DNA of 64,000 nucleotides. Source: Chiloscyllium plagiosum. Its lineage: Eukaryota. Numbering within the stretch: the stretch's first letter is position 1; the number at the start of each line of letters is the position of its first letter. The notes beneath the pieces are model-generated. The model did not search any database and was not told the DNA's origin. It saw only the letters and a program-made list of their open reading frames with translations. Where the stretch lies: NCBI RefSeq assembly GCF_004010195.1, contig NC_057717.1:100081185-100145184 (forward strand), read 5' to 3'. The position numbers and the translations under genes were made by a program. Below are positions 12,230-26,072 of the stretch, in pieces.

Positions 12230-13590
12230 ACTTCCTCCTCTCACCTCACCTCAACTATGCCCCCCTAATATTTGACATTTTCAGCCTGAGAAAAAGGCCC
12301 TTGACTATCTACTCTATCCGCACCTCTCATCATTTTATGTACTTGTGTCGGGTCTCCCCTCAATCACTGACACTCTAGTGAAAACAATCAAGTTTGTTCA
12401 ATCTCTGCTTATAGCTGATATACTCCAAACCAGACAACATTCTGGCAAGTTTGTAAAAAAAAAAGTTTGCACCGGCTCCAAAGTTGCTACATTCTTCCTA
12501 TAGTGTGGTAACCAAAACTGCATACAACATTCCAAATGTGACCTAACTACAAGTTTTATAAAGCCTTAAATTGACTTGCCAACTTGTGTACTTAGTGCCC
12601 TAACCGATGAAGGCAAGCATGATGTGTGCTGTCTTTACCACCTTATCCACTTGTGTACCCCCTTTCAGTGAGATAAAGACTTGCACACCAAGTTCCCTCT
12701 CTATCAATTTCACTCTGGGTCCTGCCATTTACTGTATACTTTCCTCTTGTATTTGACCTCCCAAAATACATCACCGCATACTTGCCCGGATTAAACTCCA
12801 TCTGCCATTTCTCTGTCCAACTGATCTATATCCTGCTGTATCCTTTGACAACCTTCCTCATTATACATAATTCCAATTTTTGTGTCATCACCACCCACGT
12901 TATCATCCAAATTATAATATATATATATTACGAACAGCAAAGGTTCCAATACTGAGCCGAGCAGAACACTACTAGCCGTGGATCTCAGTCAGAAAAATTT
13001 CCCTCCTCAACTACTCTGTCAGCTATGCTGAAGCCAATTTTGTATCCGACTTATTAACTCACCATAGATCCCATGTGATTTAATCTTCTGGACCAGCCTA
13101 TGAGAGGGATCTTGTCAAGTGCTTTAGTAAAGCCGATGTAGACTATGTCCACTGCCCTGCCCTCACCAATTCACTTCCTCAAAAACCTTATCAGATTTGT
13201 GAGACAAGACTTTCCCTGCCCAAAGCCATGCTTGATTAACCCTAGAGGTCCATTCTATCCCAGTCGTAAGTAAATCCTGTCCCTAAGAATCTTCTCCAAT
13301 AGTTTCCCTACCACTGAGGTAATTTCCTGCATTATCCATGTTGCCCTTAAACAACAGAACAACATTGGCTATTCTCCAGTTTTCTGAGAGCTTACCTGAG
13401 GCTAAAGAGGGTACAAAGATCTCTGTTAAGATCCTAGTAATTTCCTCCATGCCTTTGGGTATCCGGGGAGAAATCCCATCAATCCTAAGGGACTTATCTG
13501 CCATCATCTTTTTCAGGACACCCAGCACTTACGACTCCATAATATCAACTTGCCCGAGAATATCAGCATATCCAACCCTAACCTTACCAT
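12230..13590 (-). mobile_element. Decayed CR1-type LINE ORF2
   Basis: Minus-strand ORF 13283-13528 reads like CR1 RT (DKS..DGISPR..WRIANVVLLFKG...GNY); continues the CR1 3' end starting near 11625. Confidence 0.75.
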
Positions 13591-14699
13591 CGTGTGTCTG
13601 GCTCCACACATTTATATTCAAAAAGGAGAAATTTGTAAGGCTGGAGAAGGAGAGTGGGATTAACCAGTTAGCTCTTCCAGAGAGCTAGCAGGAGCACAGT
13701 AGACAGAATGGCCTTCTGTGCTATCCCATTCTGTGGTTCACCTTAGGACCTTCAGCTGGTATTAATAGCTTCTTTGGGATGTGGGAGGGTCTCTTCCCAG
13801 TGTGACAGTAACTAAAATAGATTCGGTGGATCCCAGGTTCGATGTTCTCTTTGTATCTGATCTGAAGAGGGCTAGCTTTCAGGAGCGGGGAGGGGTTCTT
13901 CAGTGTGACCCCATGATAGGAAGAGAACATTCTACCAAGGTAATCCACAGTGTCGAGTGAGAAAAGGATCAGATCTTAGATGCAATATCCTTCATGGCCA
14001 CATAGTCTGGGCACGTTTTATATTGAGCATTGACTTGGGTGAGGTCTCTGCTTATTGTCAAGAATGGGAAACAATCAGTTACGTAAGTCTATGCTCTGTA
14101 GTTGTTACTGCTGTTTATGGCAGGCTTACTGCAGTTGTGTAGCATCAGTAATATTCTCAAGTGTGCAGAATGGATAAAATCAAAAGCCAGTCAGGATGCT
14201 TGGTGCATTAAGTAAAGATTTTATGTACTTACTGATACTCTCCACTCCCCTTTTTTCACTGTTGAGGAGGGTGTATTTTTCCATGGATGCTCCGTTCCTT
14301 GGTACTATGCCCCACTGATAACTATTCACGTGTATGTTAACAGGCTCGCTATCCACTGAGTGAGGTTTACTACATTTCTGCCCTATACTGTAACTAGCAT
14401 TGCATGAAAACAGAGGAGGTTTGCTTGAGCCTAGCAGTGTTGTTTTGGTCTCCATTCTGAGTAGTTGCTTTCCGTCATGCTATCTAACTCTAACTTTTCA
14501 CAAGACAGCACAGATATTTCCTTTGGCTGCTAAATCTTTGGTCTGATGGGCAGTCATTACAAGAAACTCCTTTCCAAAATAAATTCAACACAGTCATCTA
14601 GTACAGAAGGAGACTATGCAGCTTATCATTCCTATCAGAGGGTTATACAATTAACCATGCTCTCTCAAATTTTCTCTGTAACACTGCACCTTTTTTTAG

Positions 14700-17340
14700 A
14701 ACATAGTACTATAAAGCACAGGAACAGGCCCTTTGGGCCACGATATTGTCCAAATTAAACTTAAATCCTTCTGCCTGCCCTTGGTCCATATCCCTCCATC
14801 CTTACATATTTATGAGCTTATCTAACATTCTCTTATGCACCAATATCGTATCTGCGTTCCTTTGGCAGCGTGTTCCTTCCATCGCTACCCTCTGCCTTTT
14901 ATGGGCAAGCCAATTCTGAATCCACGCAGCGAAGCCACCCTGAATTCCATGCATTTTAATCTTCTCCCATGAGAGATCTTGTCGAAAGCCTTACTAAGAT
15001 CCATGTAGGCACCATCCATTGCTGTACCCTCACCTTTGTCACCTTCTCAAAAAATGCAACCAAGTTAAGACACATCCTGCCCTGCATAAAGCCATGCTGG
15101 CTGTTCTAATTAGGCCATGCTTTTCCGAATGCGCATAAATCCTATCCCTAAGAATTCTCTCCAATAGCTTCCCAACCACCGATGTCAGACTCACTGCTCT
15201 ATAGTTTCCTGAATTATCCCTTTTTCCTTTAAGTATTTATCTACTTCTCTTTTGGAAGTTACAATTGAATCTGACTGTGTGACTTCGTAGTCGACCATTC
15301 AAGCCTCCTCCAGCATTCATTGAGATCATGGCTGATATGATCATGCCTTGTTCCCGACTACTCTAATAAACTTTTACCCCCTTGTTATGACTAACGTCTC
15401 CACCTCTGCCTTAAAACTATTTAAAAACTCCTCCTACTGCTTCTGCAGAAGACAATTACGAAGATTCTCAAACCTCTGTAAGAAAACAAAATTAATGTGT
15501 TTTACATGAGGCTAATTGTTGTTTTGAAAAATTGATTCCCTAGTTCTAGATTTTTCCACAATAGGAAACATTCTCTCCACATCTATCCTATCAAGACCCC
15601 TCAGGATCTTTTGTTTCAGTCAAGTTGCCTCTTACTCTTGTAAACTCCAGAGAGTAGGAATATAGCCAACCTTTTCTCATAAGCTGACCCATATTTTCCA
15701 GGTGTAGGTCTGAAATGCTTTTTCATCCTTCCTTGAATAAGGTGACTGATACTCTGCACAACTCTCTAGATAAAGTCTTTAAAATACTCTGTATAACTGA
15801 AACATAAGGTCCCTGCTGTTGTATTTAACTCCTTCCAATAAACAATACTTTTAATTACTTGCTGTAGTTATATTCTCACCTTGTGATTTGTGCACCGGGA
15901 AGCCAAAAACCCTCTATTTTTGAGCTTTACAACATCTGACTATTTTACAATTTCTGACTATTTCCCAATGACGTGGACATTTACACATTTTCCCACATTA
16001 TATTACAGTTGCCAAATTCCAATTCACTTAACCTTCCTTTGTAGCCTCCTAGTATCATCCTAATGCATTTCATCTTGCCAACCAGAAAATAATACATGAG
16101 GCTAATTGTTTCCTGTTAGCTAGCCATGTCAATATGTTACTCCTTACAACACGAGCTGACACAGTAACATCAACATAGCCCTTAACAAAGTACATTGATT
16201 TCCAGGAGACAGTAGATCCACCAGTTCCCTTTTATTGACAGCATTTACTTAATAGAAGCCTATGTTCACTCTGCCAAATTACCTTGAAATTTCCTAAGTG
16301 CTGTGCTTAATAGTATCTTCTAACATCTTCCCTATGAAAGATGTTACACTTACTGGCCTGTAGATGACTGTTTTCTGTCTCCCTATTTTCAATTCTAATG
16401 GAACCTTCCCTGAATCTTTGGAACTAAAGTTAAAACCAAAACGTCAACTAACTTTCTAGCTAATTTTTCTAACACCCTAGGATGGAGTACATCAGGGCCT
16501 GAGGACTTGTCAGCTCCCAGCTTTGACTATGTGCTCAGTGTCTGGTCAATGTAGTTTTCTTGTTCCTCTCACCATTCCCTATCCTGATTTATTGGACTCT
16601 GTATCCCTTTCTACCATAATCTGTTTATTGTTTCTCACATTATTACCTCTTTTGCGTTGATTTACCAAACTTTCCACATTTGGTTTCTTGTCCTCCTTTA
16701 AAACCGTCTCCCTAGTTATGCAACTCGGTTAGTGCACTTCGAATGGAGTTTATCTTTATGGTACAGCTCCCATTTTCCCCAGTTTTGTTGCTGGTTCTTC
16801 ATGAAGCAGGACTCGGTTCTGCTGCGCCAGTCTTTGAACTTTATGCTTATTTCTCTAGTTTTATTTACCCTGACCCAATTTGAATGAGACTCAGTAGTTC
16901 TGCTTAATTTGGTGCTTAGCTCCTCATACTGACTCTACACAATCTCTTGCCTGGTCCCACCCATGACATTGATACCTACATGGATCCCCTCCCTCTCAAT
17001 TTTTCCTCTGTTATCTTGAATTTGTCTCCATTGGTTACCTACTGTCCTACCACTAGAAACAATTTGTCCCTATCTGCCCTCTCAAAACACCTCATGATTT
17101 TGAAAACCTCTATTAAGTATCTCAATCTTAAGTGCTCCAAGGTGAACAACCGTAGCATCTCTAGTCTTCTGCACAACCTAAGTCAATCATAACTGGTCCC
17201 ATTTTAGCAAGTCTCCTTTGCAACTTCTGCAAGGGTTGGACATCCTTCCTAAAATGAATAGAATGCTATACTCCAGCTGAGGCCTAATCAGTGATTTATA
17301 AAGTTTTAGCATATCTTGCCACTGTGACTGTATTTATAAA
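14700..17340 (-). mobile_element. Cluster of decayed CR1-type LINE fragments
   Basis: Repeated CR1 signatures (aggaacaggccctttg, taagaattctctccaatag, ccctcaggatctt, tactccagctgaggcctaa); boundaries approximate. Confidence 0.55.
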
Positions 17341-17501
17341 GCTCAGCTTCTGTATCTCCTGTGCTTTTTAATTTTAAAATGGCATCCTTACCATTTTTAC
17401 CATCTTCAGAAATCGTACGTGAAACACCTGTTCTTGCCTCTCCCACCCTTTGTAAAATTATGCTTTTTAATTAATTTTTTTTGTTTTGTCTCCACTCCTA
17501 G

Positions 17502-17673
17502 GTGTGTGATCTGTATGATGGACTTTGTATATGGTGACCCAATTCGGTTTCTGCCATGCATGCACATATACCACGTGGATTGTATTGACGAGTGGCTCAT
17601 GAGGTCCTTCACGTGCCCTTCATGTATGGAACCTGTAGACGCGGCTCTGCTTTCATCCTACGAGACCAACTGA
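17502..17673 (+). CDS. RNF11: RING finger protein 11-like, coding exon 3 (RING-H2 domain, stop)
   Basis: CVICMMDFVYGDPIRFLPCMHIYHVDCIDEWLMRSFTCPSCMEPVDAALLSSYETN*; polypyrimidine tract and ctag| acceptor. Total CDS 513 nt = 170 aa. Confidence 0.96.
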
Positions 17674-20600
17674 CTTAACTGGGCTTCAAGTCCAGTTGCA
17701 CTTTCGAGTGTCTTGCTGCCAAAGGGAGGGAAAAGTAAGGTGGGGAGGGGCGGGGAAAAGAATCATGCACTCACGCAGACCAAAGAAGTATCCTATTGTC
17801 TCACCATAGCTTTTAGGTGGGTACCAGACAGTGCATTTTTTTTCAGCTGGGAAAACAATCGATTGGCCAAATCTTCTACTTAACACTAACTGGCTAAAAG
17901 GGAAGTGATTAAAACCAAAGTGGGGGCAGTAGTCCCACTCTAACAGCAAGAAAGCCGTTTTTGGTTTGTCTTTCTGTACCTGTGCAGTCTTAGTCTTCTT
18001 CCAACTAGTCACATATGCAATGTGCTCTTTACTAGAAGACCAGAGCAAAAGCTTTGGATTTTACTTTTGCATTGCTCACTGCATGAGGACACTCCCTCGT
18101 GCTGAGTTCTAGATGATCATAGCTCACTTACACCTCACCACAGTGGTTATGCTTTTTACTCGCCTCCTGTGCTAATGTAACAGAGTACAGCTTTGGAACT
18201 GGAGACAGAGTGGGTCAGAGCAGTGCTTGGAAGAGGCAACTTGTATAGACAGAAGACAGTGGAATGATTTGCCTGTGGAGATAAAGAGCTGGAATGGAAT
18301 GTTGGCCTTTCTCGTGAAACTCTGCAGTACCCCGAAACTGGAAAGTTATTCACCCATGGGGGAGATGAAGCTGCAGCTTATTTAATTAAATTCATTCATG
18401 GCCTGTGCGGCATCACTGGTAAGGCCAGCATTTATAGCCAATCCCTAATTGCCCTTGAGAAGGTTGTGGTGAGTTGTGATTTAAGCCGCTGCTTTTCTGT
18501 GTTATAGATGTACCCACAGCACCATTTAAGAAGGGGTTGCAGGATTGGACCCATTGAAGAAAATGCCAATAGATTTCCAGTTTGGGATGGTGTGTCACTT
18601 GGAGAAAAAGCTTCAAACTGTTGATTGTTTCTGTGCACCTGCTTGCTTTGTCCTTCCACTGAGTGCCCCCCTGTTCGGCAGTTGCTGGGCTAAACTTCCT
18701 GTGGTACTGAGGGAGTTTGAAGCAGCCCACTATGATTGAAGTCCCCTTCTGAGGTCAGCTAGCTCAGCGCTTAACAAGGACAACTGAGGTTTTGACACAA
18801 CTTAGTCTGATATCGTAACTTGCTATATTGAATAAGCAGGACAGCCGCGTGGCAATGTCCCTGATTTGATATATTTTTTAAACTGTTTGGAATGTTCAGA
18901 ATCCACTGGGTTCAGTGTCGAATCAGTGAGATTGAGTGTCAGTATCCAAGGTTGCTCCCATCTTCCGCGACATTGGAATCCTGATATCGGCCAGCTGGAA
19001 GTACTATGTGGAGCCCGTGTGAGAGGGGCAGGGGATATAGTGGAGAGGCTGTCCTTTGAGAAGAACCATGTCATTTCCTGGTGGCAGACTTCTGAATGCC
19101 AGAGACCTGGTTAAGTCTTTTTGCTAACAACAGTAATGTGTGAAATGGGGAGTGTGATTTGAGAGCGACTAGCCCGCAAAATTTTTATTTTTGTAGCAAT
19201 CTGTCAGCACTTTAATATTTACTGTAGAGAGCTTGCTCAAGTATCAATTTAGGAGATTTAGTGCAATCTAATGACCCAAAAAAACTGAGAAATAGCAAAA
19301 GAGTAAAATAATCAAATGATAGAGCACTGATGGAGGCCATTCAGTCCCTTGTTTGTGCTGGCTTTGTACACTTCAGTTAGCTTGGGAAAAGAGCAAGGAC
19401 TTCCTTTTATATCCCGTACAGGTATTAGGAGGATTGTTTTGACACACCTTTTGAACAGTTTAAAGACAATCCTCTGGCAACTCCATTGAATTTGGTGCCA
19501 CCTGTGAGTATGCTTCCCCATTGCTGCTGCTGCACTACCCTTTTATTATCATTGATCCTGTATAAACTAGGGATTAAAACCAAAATCATCTTGGTCTACC
19601 TGGCTCCATACTCTGGAGCAGCCTTATTTGTTTACAAAACTTTGGCCTGAGTCGTTGGCTCAGGTAATGCCTCCAAGTTGCCTGACAATTTGGGGTCTTT
19701 TATGAACATGGTTGTCAGACCATTCAGGAGTGAAATTAGGTAACACTTCTTCACATACTGGGTGGTGAGAGTTTGGAACTCTCTCCCATGAATGATGATT
19801 GATGCAAACTCAGTTTGTTAGTTTTAAATCTGAGATTGATGGATGTTTATTTGCCAGAGGTATTGAGCGGTACGAGCCTTACACAGGTATGTGGAGTTTG
19901 CTCATCGTTCACCTGTGATCCTGTAGGTTGTTGAACAGACTCATAAGGTTGGACGGTCGCCTCCTGTTCCTGCATTACCTGGATAAGAGTGGGACTGAGC
20001 AAAATCTGTCTGGATTCAAATTGTACTATACAAGATGTTTATTTAATTTTTTTGTTTTTTAAGGCAAGTATTGAGTCAAAATTAAAAACTGCAGACTGTT
20101 ATCACATGGTAACATTTACTTCCAAAAAGCTCAAATGTTGAAAGTTGTAAATTCTCAGAGCTATTGGTTAGCATTCAGAAGTCACACATCAACGTTGGTT
20201 GGAGTTGATTTCAGTTTTGGAAGACCGGCAGTCTCCTCCTCGCTCCTGAAGCTGACTCAGACTGGGTCGCAATTGCACGGATGTTGGCTGCACACTCTTC
20301 TCATAGAGATATGTGCTGATACTGCAACTTTTGAAGTGTTGCATAAGCTCCAAGATGAATCCTCACAGCTGTGTCCAGTTTCACTGGGCGTCTCCATTGT
20401 GTGGGATAGAGAAATAGAGGATCTGAGCTTTACTGCAGGCTTTAGGACCCAACAAATGGGATTGAAAGATAGGTTTGAAGCCATCATGTACCAGCGGTGG
20501 GGCCAGTTCCTAAAATTGGCTGCTTTTGGAGCCCAAGAGAGCCAGTAGCTGTGAAGACATTTGGAAAAGTACTAGCTGCTGAGATATGTCAGTGATCTCA

Positions 20601-22449
20601 GGGCACCTCCCAAGTAAGTACAGGGGTGTAAATGTAAAGTATCTAAGGACCAGTAAGTGCACTCTCAGGAACTTGTCGTCCTTTGGTTAATCATTTCACC
20701 CTAGCATGTCTCTGAACTGATTCAATACCAACCAGTAATGAAACCTGTGATGACCTGAGCTCTGGATGATACGTATTACACCTTTACCTGGGGGGAGTCT
20801 CGGAAGCGTTCTTCAATCCATATGCTGCCACAAGTCTTGTTGCAGACTAACTCGTCTCCCAAATTCCACTAACTTTAGAGGTTTGTGGCTGTTTGATTTT
20901 GGGGTTTAGATATACATGTGGAGTGTTGGCAGTTTATTGGTTTTTAAGTATCATTTTTGCTTTTAGTGTTTACTAATTTTAGTCCTCTTAATTTGGGAGG
21001 AAGGAATGCTGGGTTGATATGTCTGTTGGTCAGGGAGAATGATGCCTGGCATGCTGTTTGGAGAGGGGCAGAATGGCATGGAATTAACCTTTCAGACTGT
21101 GACTGAAATCTATGTGGGTCAGGTGCGATACTTGAGAACTATAATAGCTGGTTAGTGTTAGAAATTATGTTTTCATGTGGAAATGTGTTAAACCCTCACA
21201 AATGTAGATGTAAAATTTATCAGAGAAATCTAAAAATATGAATGCGAAGTATGATTTTGAAATGGGAAAGGAATGATGGTTCTGTCCTGCAGTCCAGTGA
21301 CTCTCTCTAGTAATGTCCCTTTACCTGTATTGTGTAATGTCACAGGAGTTTGCTTTGTTGTACAAATCATAGGCAAAGAACCTCCAGTCATGGAAGCCAT
21401 TTATCACATTTTCCTGGGAACTGGCAGGAAATAAGGTGCAAACATTTAAGATATTTCTATAATATATTGTGCCCACTGAAAAATAACATATTTCAGAAGC
21501 CTTTGGGGACTGTGATCTCATTCTGGGTGAGTGGGTTGTTGATTGTGCTGTTAGGTTAAGAGAAGTACATTGAAGCAGCCAATACACCCCTTGTTTCTAC
21601 TAATAGAGCATGTCCTTTGTTTTTACAGAATTGACCATTGAGGAAAAGGTTATCATAATTTACAAATGTTGCTGTACCCGAGTTAGAGGGAGGAAGTATC
21701 AGACCAATAGAAAACTAACTTGTTTGAGCATATACATGTTAGCTGCACTTTTTGGCATTGTAATTAGCAACATTTTGCTGATATTCTCATATGGGTCACA
21801 GATTTAATCCCGAGTGTCAGAGGTTCGAGATTGTTTCAGTGTTAGCCCAAGAATTGCAGTTTTCACAAGTAACTGGCCACAGAGATGACAAAAAAAAAAA
21901 TTAAGTGGCAATATTGATAAAAGTGGGTAAGTGTATAAACACAGCTTCCATTTGTGGTTGGATGCACTTTCTCAGAATCCCTCTTCGTTTATTCTTCCAG
22001 TTGCAGTCACTGTGTATTCCTAGTGTTACAATGGCAGTTTAGTTTACACACAGAACTTTCTATGTTAACGATGCCTTAAAATCTCCAAGTTTTCTTCTAT
22101 TCAATCTTACACAAGCATCATCTGCTTCAGCTTGGGCAGTGATATCCTGGATCTGTATTTGAGTGTAAAGGTGTCTTTTTTTTGCCAGTAACTGCAGAGA
22201 AGTATGGACATACAATCTCTCAATATTGAGAGGCAATCCCACTGACTGCCACTTTCAGCTCAGACCATAATAATGGATATTATTGTTAATTCATTTTTGT
22301 AACCCAGATCTACCTGAACATGTCAGTCAAAATGTTGGAAACCAGAGCTGCCCAATACTCCAGTGATTTTGAGTACAAATGATATCTTTTGTTGGTTTAT
22401 ACTAGCTGCTGATAACAAATTATGTAAAAGTATGTATATTTTTTGAAAA

Positions 22450-22455
22450 AATAAA
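22450..22455 (+). terminator. Candidate polyadenylation signal of RNF11-like gene
   Basis: AATAAA preceded by TGTA motifs and followed by a T-rich tract (tttgttttct); repeat density rises sharply downstream. Confidence 0.5.
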
Positions 22456-23188
22456 CTATCAACTCCACAAATTTGTTTTCTATGGCATCAGTGATATTAT
22501 TGGATATGAAGTGTACCCAAAAATAAGCATGTTCCTTCCCCTGCCTTCTGGATCAGTATGTATCTCGATAAGTTCGGCTCAGACAAAACCCAAATAGCTC
22601 GTCACCTTCCAGGACAAAGCAGCTCACTTAATTGTTACTTCATTCACAGCCTTTAATGTTCATTCCCCATTCTGCAAAGGAACTGAGGGCATTGTTAAGA
22701 TTGCAGATGACACAAACATGGAGGGACAGGTGTTGAGCAAGCTGGGAGGCTGCAGAAGGACTTGGACAAGTTGGGAGACTGGGCAAAGAAGTGATAGGTG
22801 GAATACAATGTGGGAAAGTGAGGTTATGTACTTTGGTCGGATGACTAGAGGCATATTCTATTTTGTAAATGGGGAAAGGCTTCGGAAATCTAAAGCATAA
22901 AAGGACTTAAGTGAATACTTAACTAGGACTCCTAGGGTTAATGTGCAGGTTCCATTGATAGGCAAATGCAAGGTTAGCGTTCATTTATGGAGGGATAAAA
23001 TGCAAGAGCAGGGATGTACTGCTGAGGCTGTAGAAGGCTCTAGTCATACGATGTGGAATATTGAGAGCACTTTTAGGCTGTATCTAAGGATATGCTGGCC
23101 TTGGAGGGGGTCTAGAGGAGGTTTACTAGAATGATTCCAGGGGAGGAAGGGGTTGTCATGAAGAGTGGTTGAGGGCTCTGGACGTGTA

Positions 23189-23406
23189 CAGTTGGTTCTG
23201 CTATTATGCACGTTTCTTCGGTGCAAATTGGCTTTAACATGATTGAAGAATTTAGACCTTTATTTGTAAAACATGAACTTCCATTACCCATATTGGCTAT
23301 AATGCAATTCCAGCCCCATTAGTGTAAATGGTGTGGTTATTGCAAGATTTTCTTAGAACGTGAGTCTGCATGAGATTGGAACTTCCGCATATATCAGAAC
23401 AGACTG
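23189..23406. mobile_element. Tigger/pogo-like MITE
   Basis: Imperfect TIRs CAGTTGGTTCTGCTATTATGC / GCATATATCAGAACAGACTG flanked by TA on both sides. Confidence 0.7.
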
Positions 23407-23517
23407 TACTTGATGGAATTTAGAAGGATTTTGTTGAAACTTAATTTAATAGTGAGTGTGGATGTGGAGAAGATGTTGCCACTAATAGGAACCAAAGACA
23501 CAGCCTCAGAGTGATGG

Positions 23518-23752
23518 GTCAGAGACCAAAACAAACTGCAGATGCTGGAATCCAAAGTTGACAAACAGGAGGGCTGGAAGAACACAGCAAGGCAGGCAGC
23601 ATCAGGAGGTAGAGAAGTCAACATTTCAGGTATAATCCTTCAGGATTGGAGGAGATGTAGTCCTGAAGAAGGGTTATATCTGAAATGTTGACTTCTGCAC
23701 CTCCTGATGCTGCCTGCCTTGCTGTGTTCTTCCAGCCTCCTGTTTATCTACT
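23518..23752. mobile_element. Penelope-derived palindromic element, second subfamily
   Basis: Inverted arms ggctggaagaacacagcaaggcaggcagcatcaggaggt / acctcctgatgctgcctgccttgctgtgttcttccagcc; TSD tcagagtga(t/a)gg at 23506-23517 and 23753-23764. Confidence 0.8.
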
Positions 23753-24783
23753 TCAGAGTGAAGGATTGACCTTTTTGAATGGATTTAGGAATTCCTTCAG
23801 CTGGAGGGGATGAATCTGTGGAACTCTGCCACAGAAGGCGATGGAGTCTCAAATCATTGTGTATTTAAGACAGTGATGGGTTATTTTTCTCTTCTACCCC
23901 TAAGTGTTATTGTGCACAACTGAGTGACTTTCCCACCACCAAACTCTGACTGTTTTTTCAACTAGTAGCCAATTGAATATTTACAAGCAAAGTCTAGATT
24001 AGAGTGGTGCTGGAAAAGCACAGCAGTTCAGGCAGCATCTGAGGAGCAGCAAAAGCCATATGGACAATGCAAACCATAAAAGGCAGGGAAGGTGGTTGTG
24101 ATAGGGAAAGCAGGAAGAGACTAAATCAAAATGGAATTGATAAGTAAGGGGATCAAGAATTTTGGGAGAAGGCAGGAGAAGGAGGTTGAGAAGTATTTAG
24201 CCATAATTGAATGGCAGAGCGACCCAGTGGACTGAGTCGTCTATTTCTGCTCATATATCTTATGGTTGACTGCATGACTGAGGTGTGTACCATCTACAAG
24301 ATGCCCTGCAGTAGCTCACTGTTGCTCCTTCAATAGCATGTTCCAAACAGAAATTTCTACCACCTAGAAGAACTGTGGATTTCAAAACATTGCCTACAAC
24401 TTCCCCTCTTACGTCGTGCATTATCCTGACTCAGATATGTATAGTTATTGCTTTAGTATTGATGGGTCAAAATCCTAAAACCTTATAAGCACCAAAGAAG
24501 TATTTAGAGTGTTTGGGTTGACATGATTCAAGAAGGCAGCCTACCACAACTTTTTCAAGGGCATTTGAAATGAATGACATGCGCTCGCCTCATGAGCAAC
24601 ACCGTTGTCCCAGGACTTTTTCTTTTAAACCCCTAGCTTTTTCTTTGTATCTTTGCATACAAACTCCTCGGAATGAAGTGATGAAATCGATGCTGAAATG
24701 AGACCCAAGTTAGGAAATTCTATGTGAATAATATTGATTTTATGTTTATAATTCAAGCATAGTGTGTCTATCTCTGGGGTGAA

Positions 24784-26072
24784 CGGAGAAAGTGAGGATT
24801 GCAGATGCTGGAGATCAGAGTTGACAGTGTGGTGCTGGAAAAGCACAGCAGGTCGGGCAGCATCCGAGGAGCAGGAGGATCAATGTTTTGGGCAAGACCC
24901 CTTAATCAAGGATGATGCTTGTGAGCTGAGGGGGTGGAGGGAATTTAGCTGAGAGTGCAATAGGTAGATGGAAGTGGGGATAATGGTGATAGGGTTGAGT
25001 GAATAGGCAGGGAAGGAAGATGGACAGGTCAGGAGGGTCGTGGTGAGTTGTAAGGTTGGAGGAGGGGAAATGAGGAAACTGGATACAGTAGATAACGTAT
25101 GGAAGTGCAGGTAAAACTTTGATGGATGTAGAAGGCTCCTTTTGGGGCCTTGGACAGAGGTGAGGGGATAAGCGATTTGGTTTGCAATTCCTGCAGTGGC
25201 AGGAGAAGGTGCTAGGAGGAGAAGGTGGGTTGGTAGGGGGCGTGAACCTGACAAGAGAGTCATGGAGAGAATCGTCTTTGCAGAAAGCAAATAGGAGGGA
25301 AATATATCTCGTGGTAGGGACTGTTTGTAGGCGGCAGAAATGGTGCATGTGTATGGAGGTTGGTGGGGTGGAAGGTGAAGACCAGGGGGGTGGGGTTCTG
25401 TCCTTGTTGTGGTTGGAGGGGTGGGGTTCAAGGGTGGAGGTGTGGGAAGTGTTTGAGATGCACTGGAGGGCATCATCGACCACATTGAGGGCAATTGCAG
25501 TCTTTGAAGAAGGAGGCCATCTGTATATATTGGGGAGATAGGATGCCTATTTGCAGAGCACTTCAGAGAACATCTCCAGGACACCTGCACCAACCAACCC
25601 CACCACCTGTGGTCAAACACTTCAACTTCAACTCCACCCCCCCTCCCCCAACTGCGCCAAGGACATGCAGGTCCTGGGCCACCTCCATTGCCACATTCTA
25701 ACCATCCAACACCTGAAGGAAGAACACCACATTTTCTGCCTTGGGACCCTCCAACCAGATGGCATCAATGTGGATTTCACCAGTTTCCTCATTTCCACCC
25801 CCCGGTCCATCTTATCCCAGTTCCAACTCAGCACTGCCCTTATGACCTGTCCTACCTGTCCATCTTCCTTCCCACCTATCCCCTCCACCCTCCTCTCCGA
25901 CTTATCACCATTATTCCACCTATCACACTCTCATCTGCCTTCTCCCCCCCAGCCCCACCACCCTCGGCTCACAAGCCTCATTCTTGATGAAGGGTGTTTG
26001 CCCGAAACATCGATTCTCCTGCTCTTCAGATGCTGCCTGAACTGCTGTGCTTTTCCAGCACCACACTATTGA
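24784..26072. mobile_element. Penelope-like element with inverted architecture (two opposed 3' portions)
   Basis: GIY-YIG C-terminal remnants (VVKHFN..; MQVLG..EEHHIFCLGTLQPDGINVDF) on +, RT/linker remnants on -. Terminal arms are inverted; TSD ctctggggtgaa at 24772-24783 and 26073-26084. Confidence 0.85.

Larger units (their letters stand above)
22660..24270 (+). mobile_element. Decayed CR1-type LINE with nested MITE and Penelope insertions
   Basis: ADDT motif region (attgcagatgacacaaac) through the 3' end; interrupted at 23189 and ~23520. Confidence 0.7.

Noticed and set aside
20135-20548. 137-aa ORF downstream of the RNF11-like stop
   Set aside because: No recognisable motif or splice context; lies within the probable 3' UTR.
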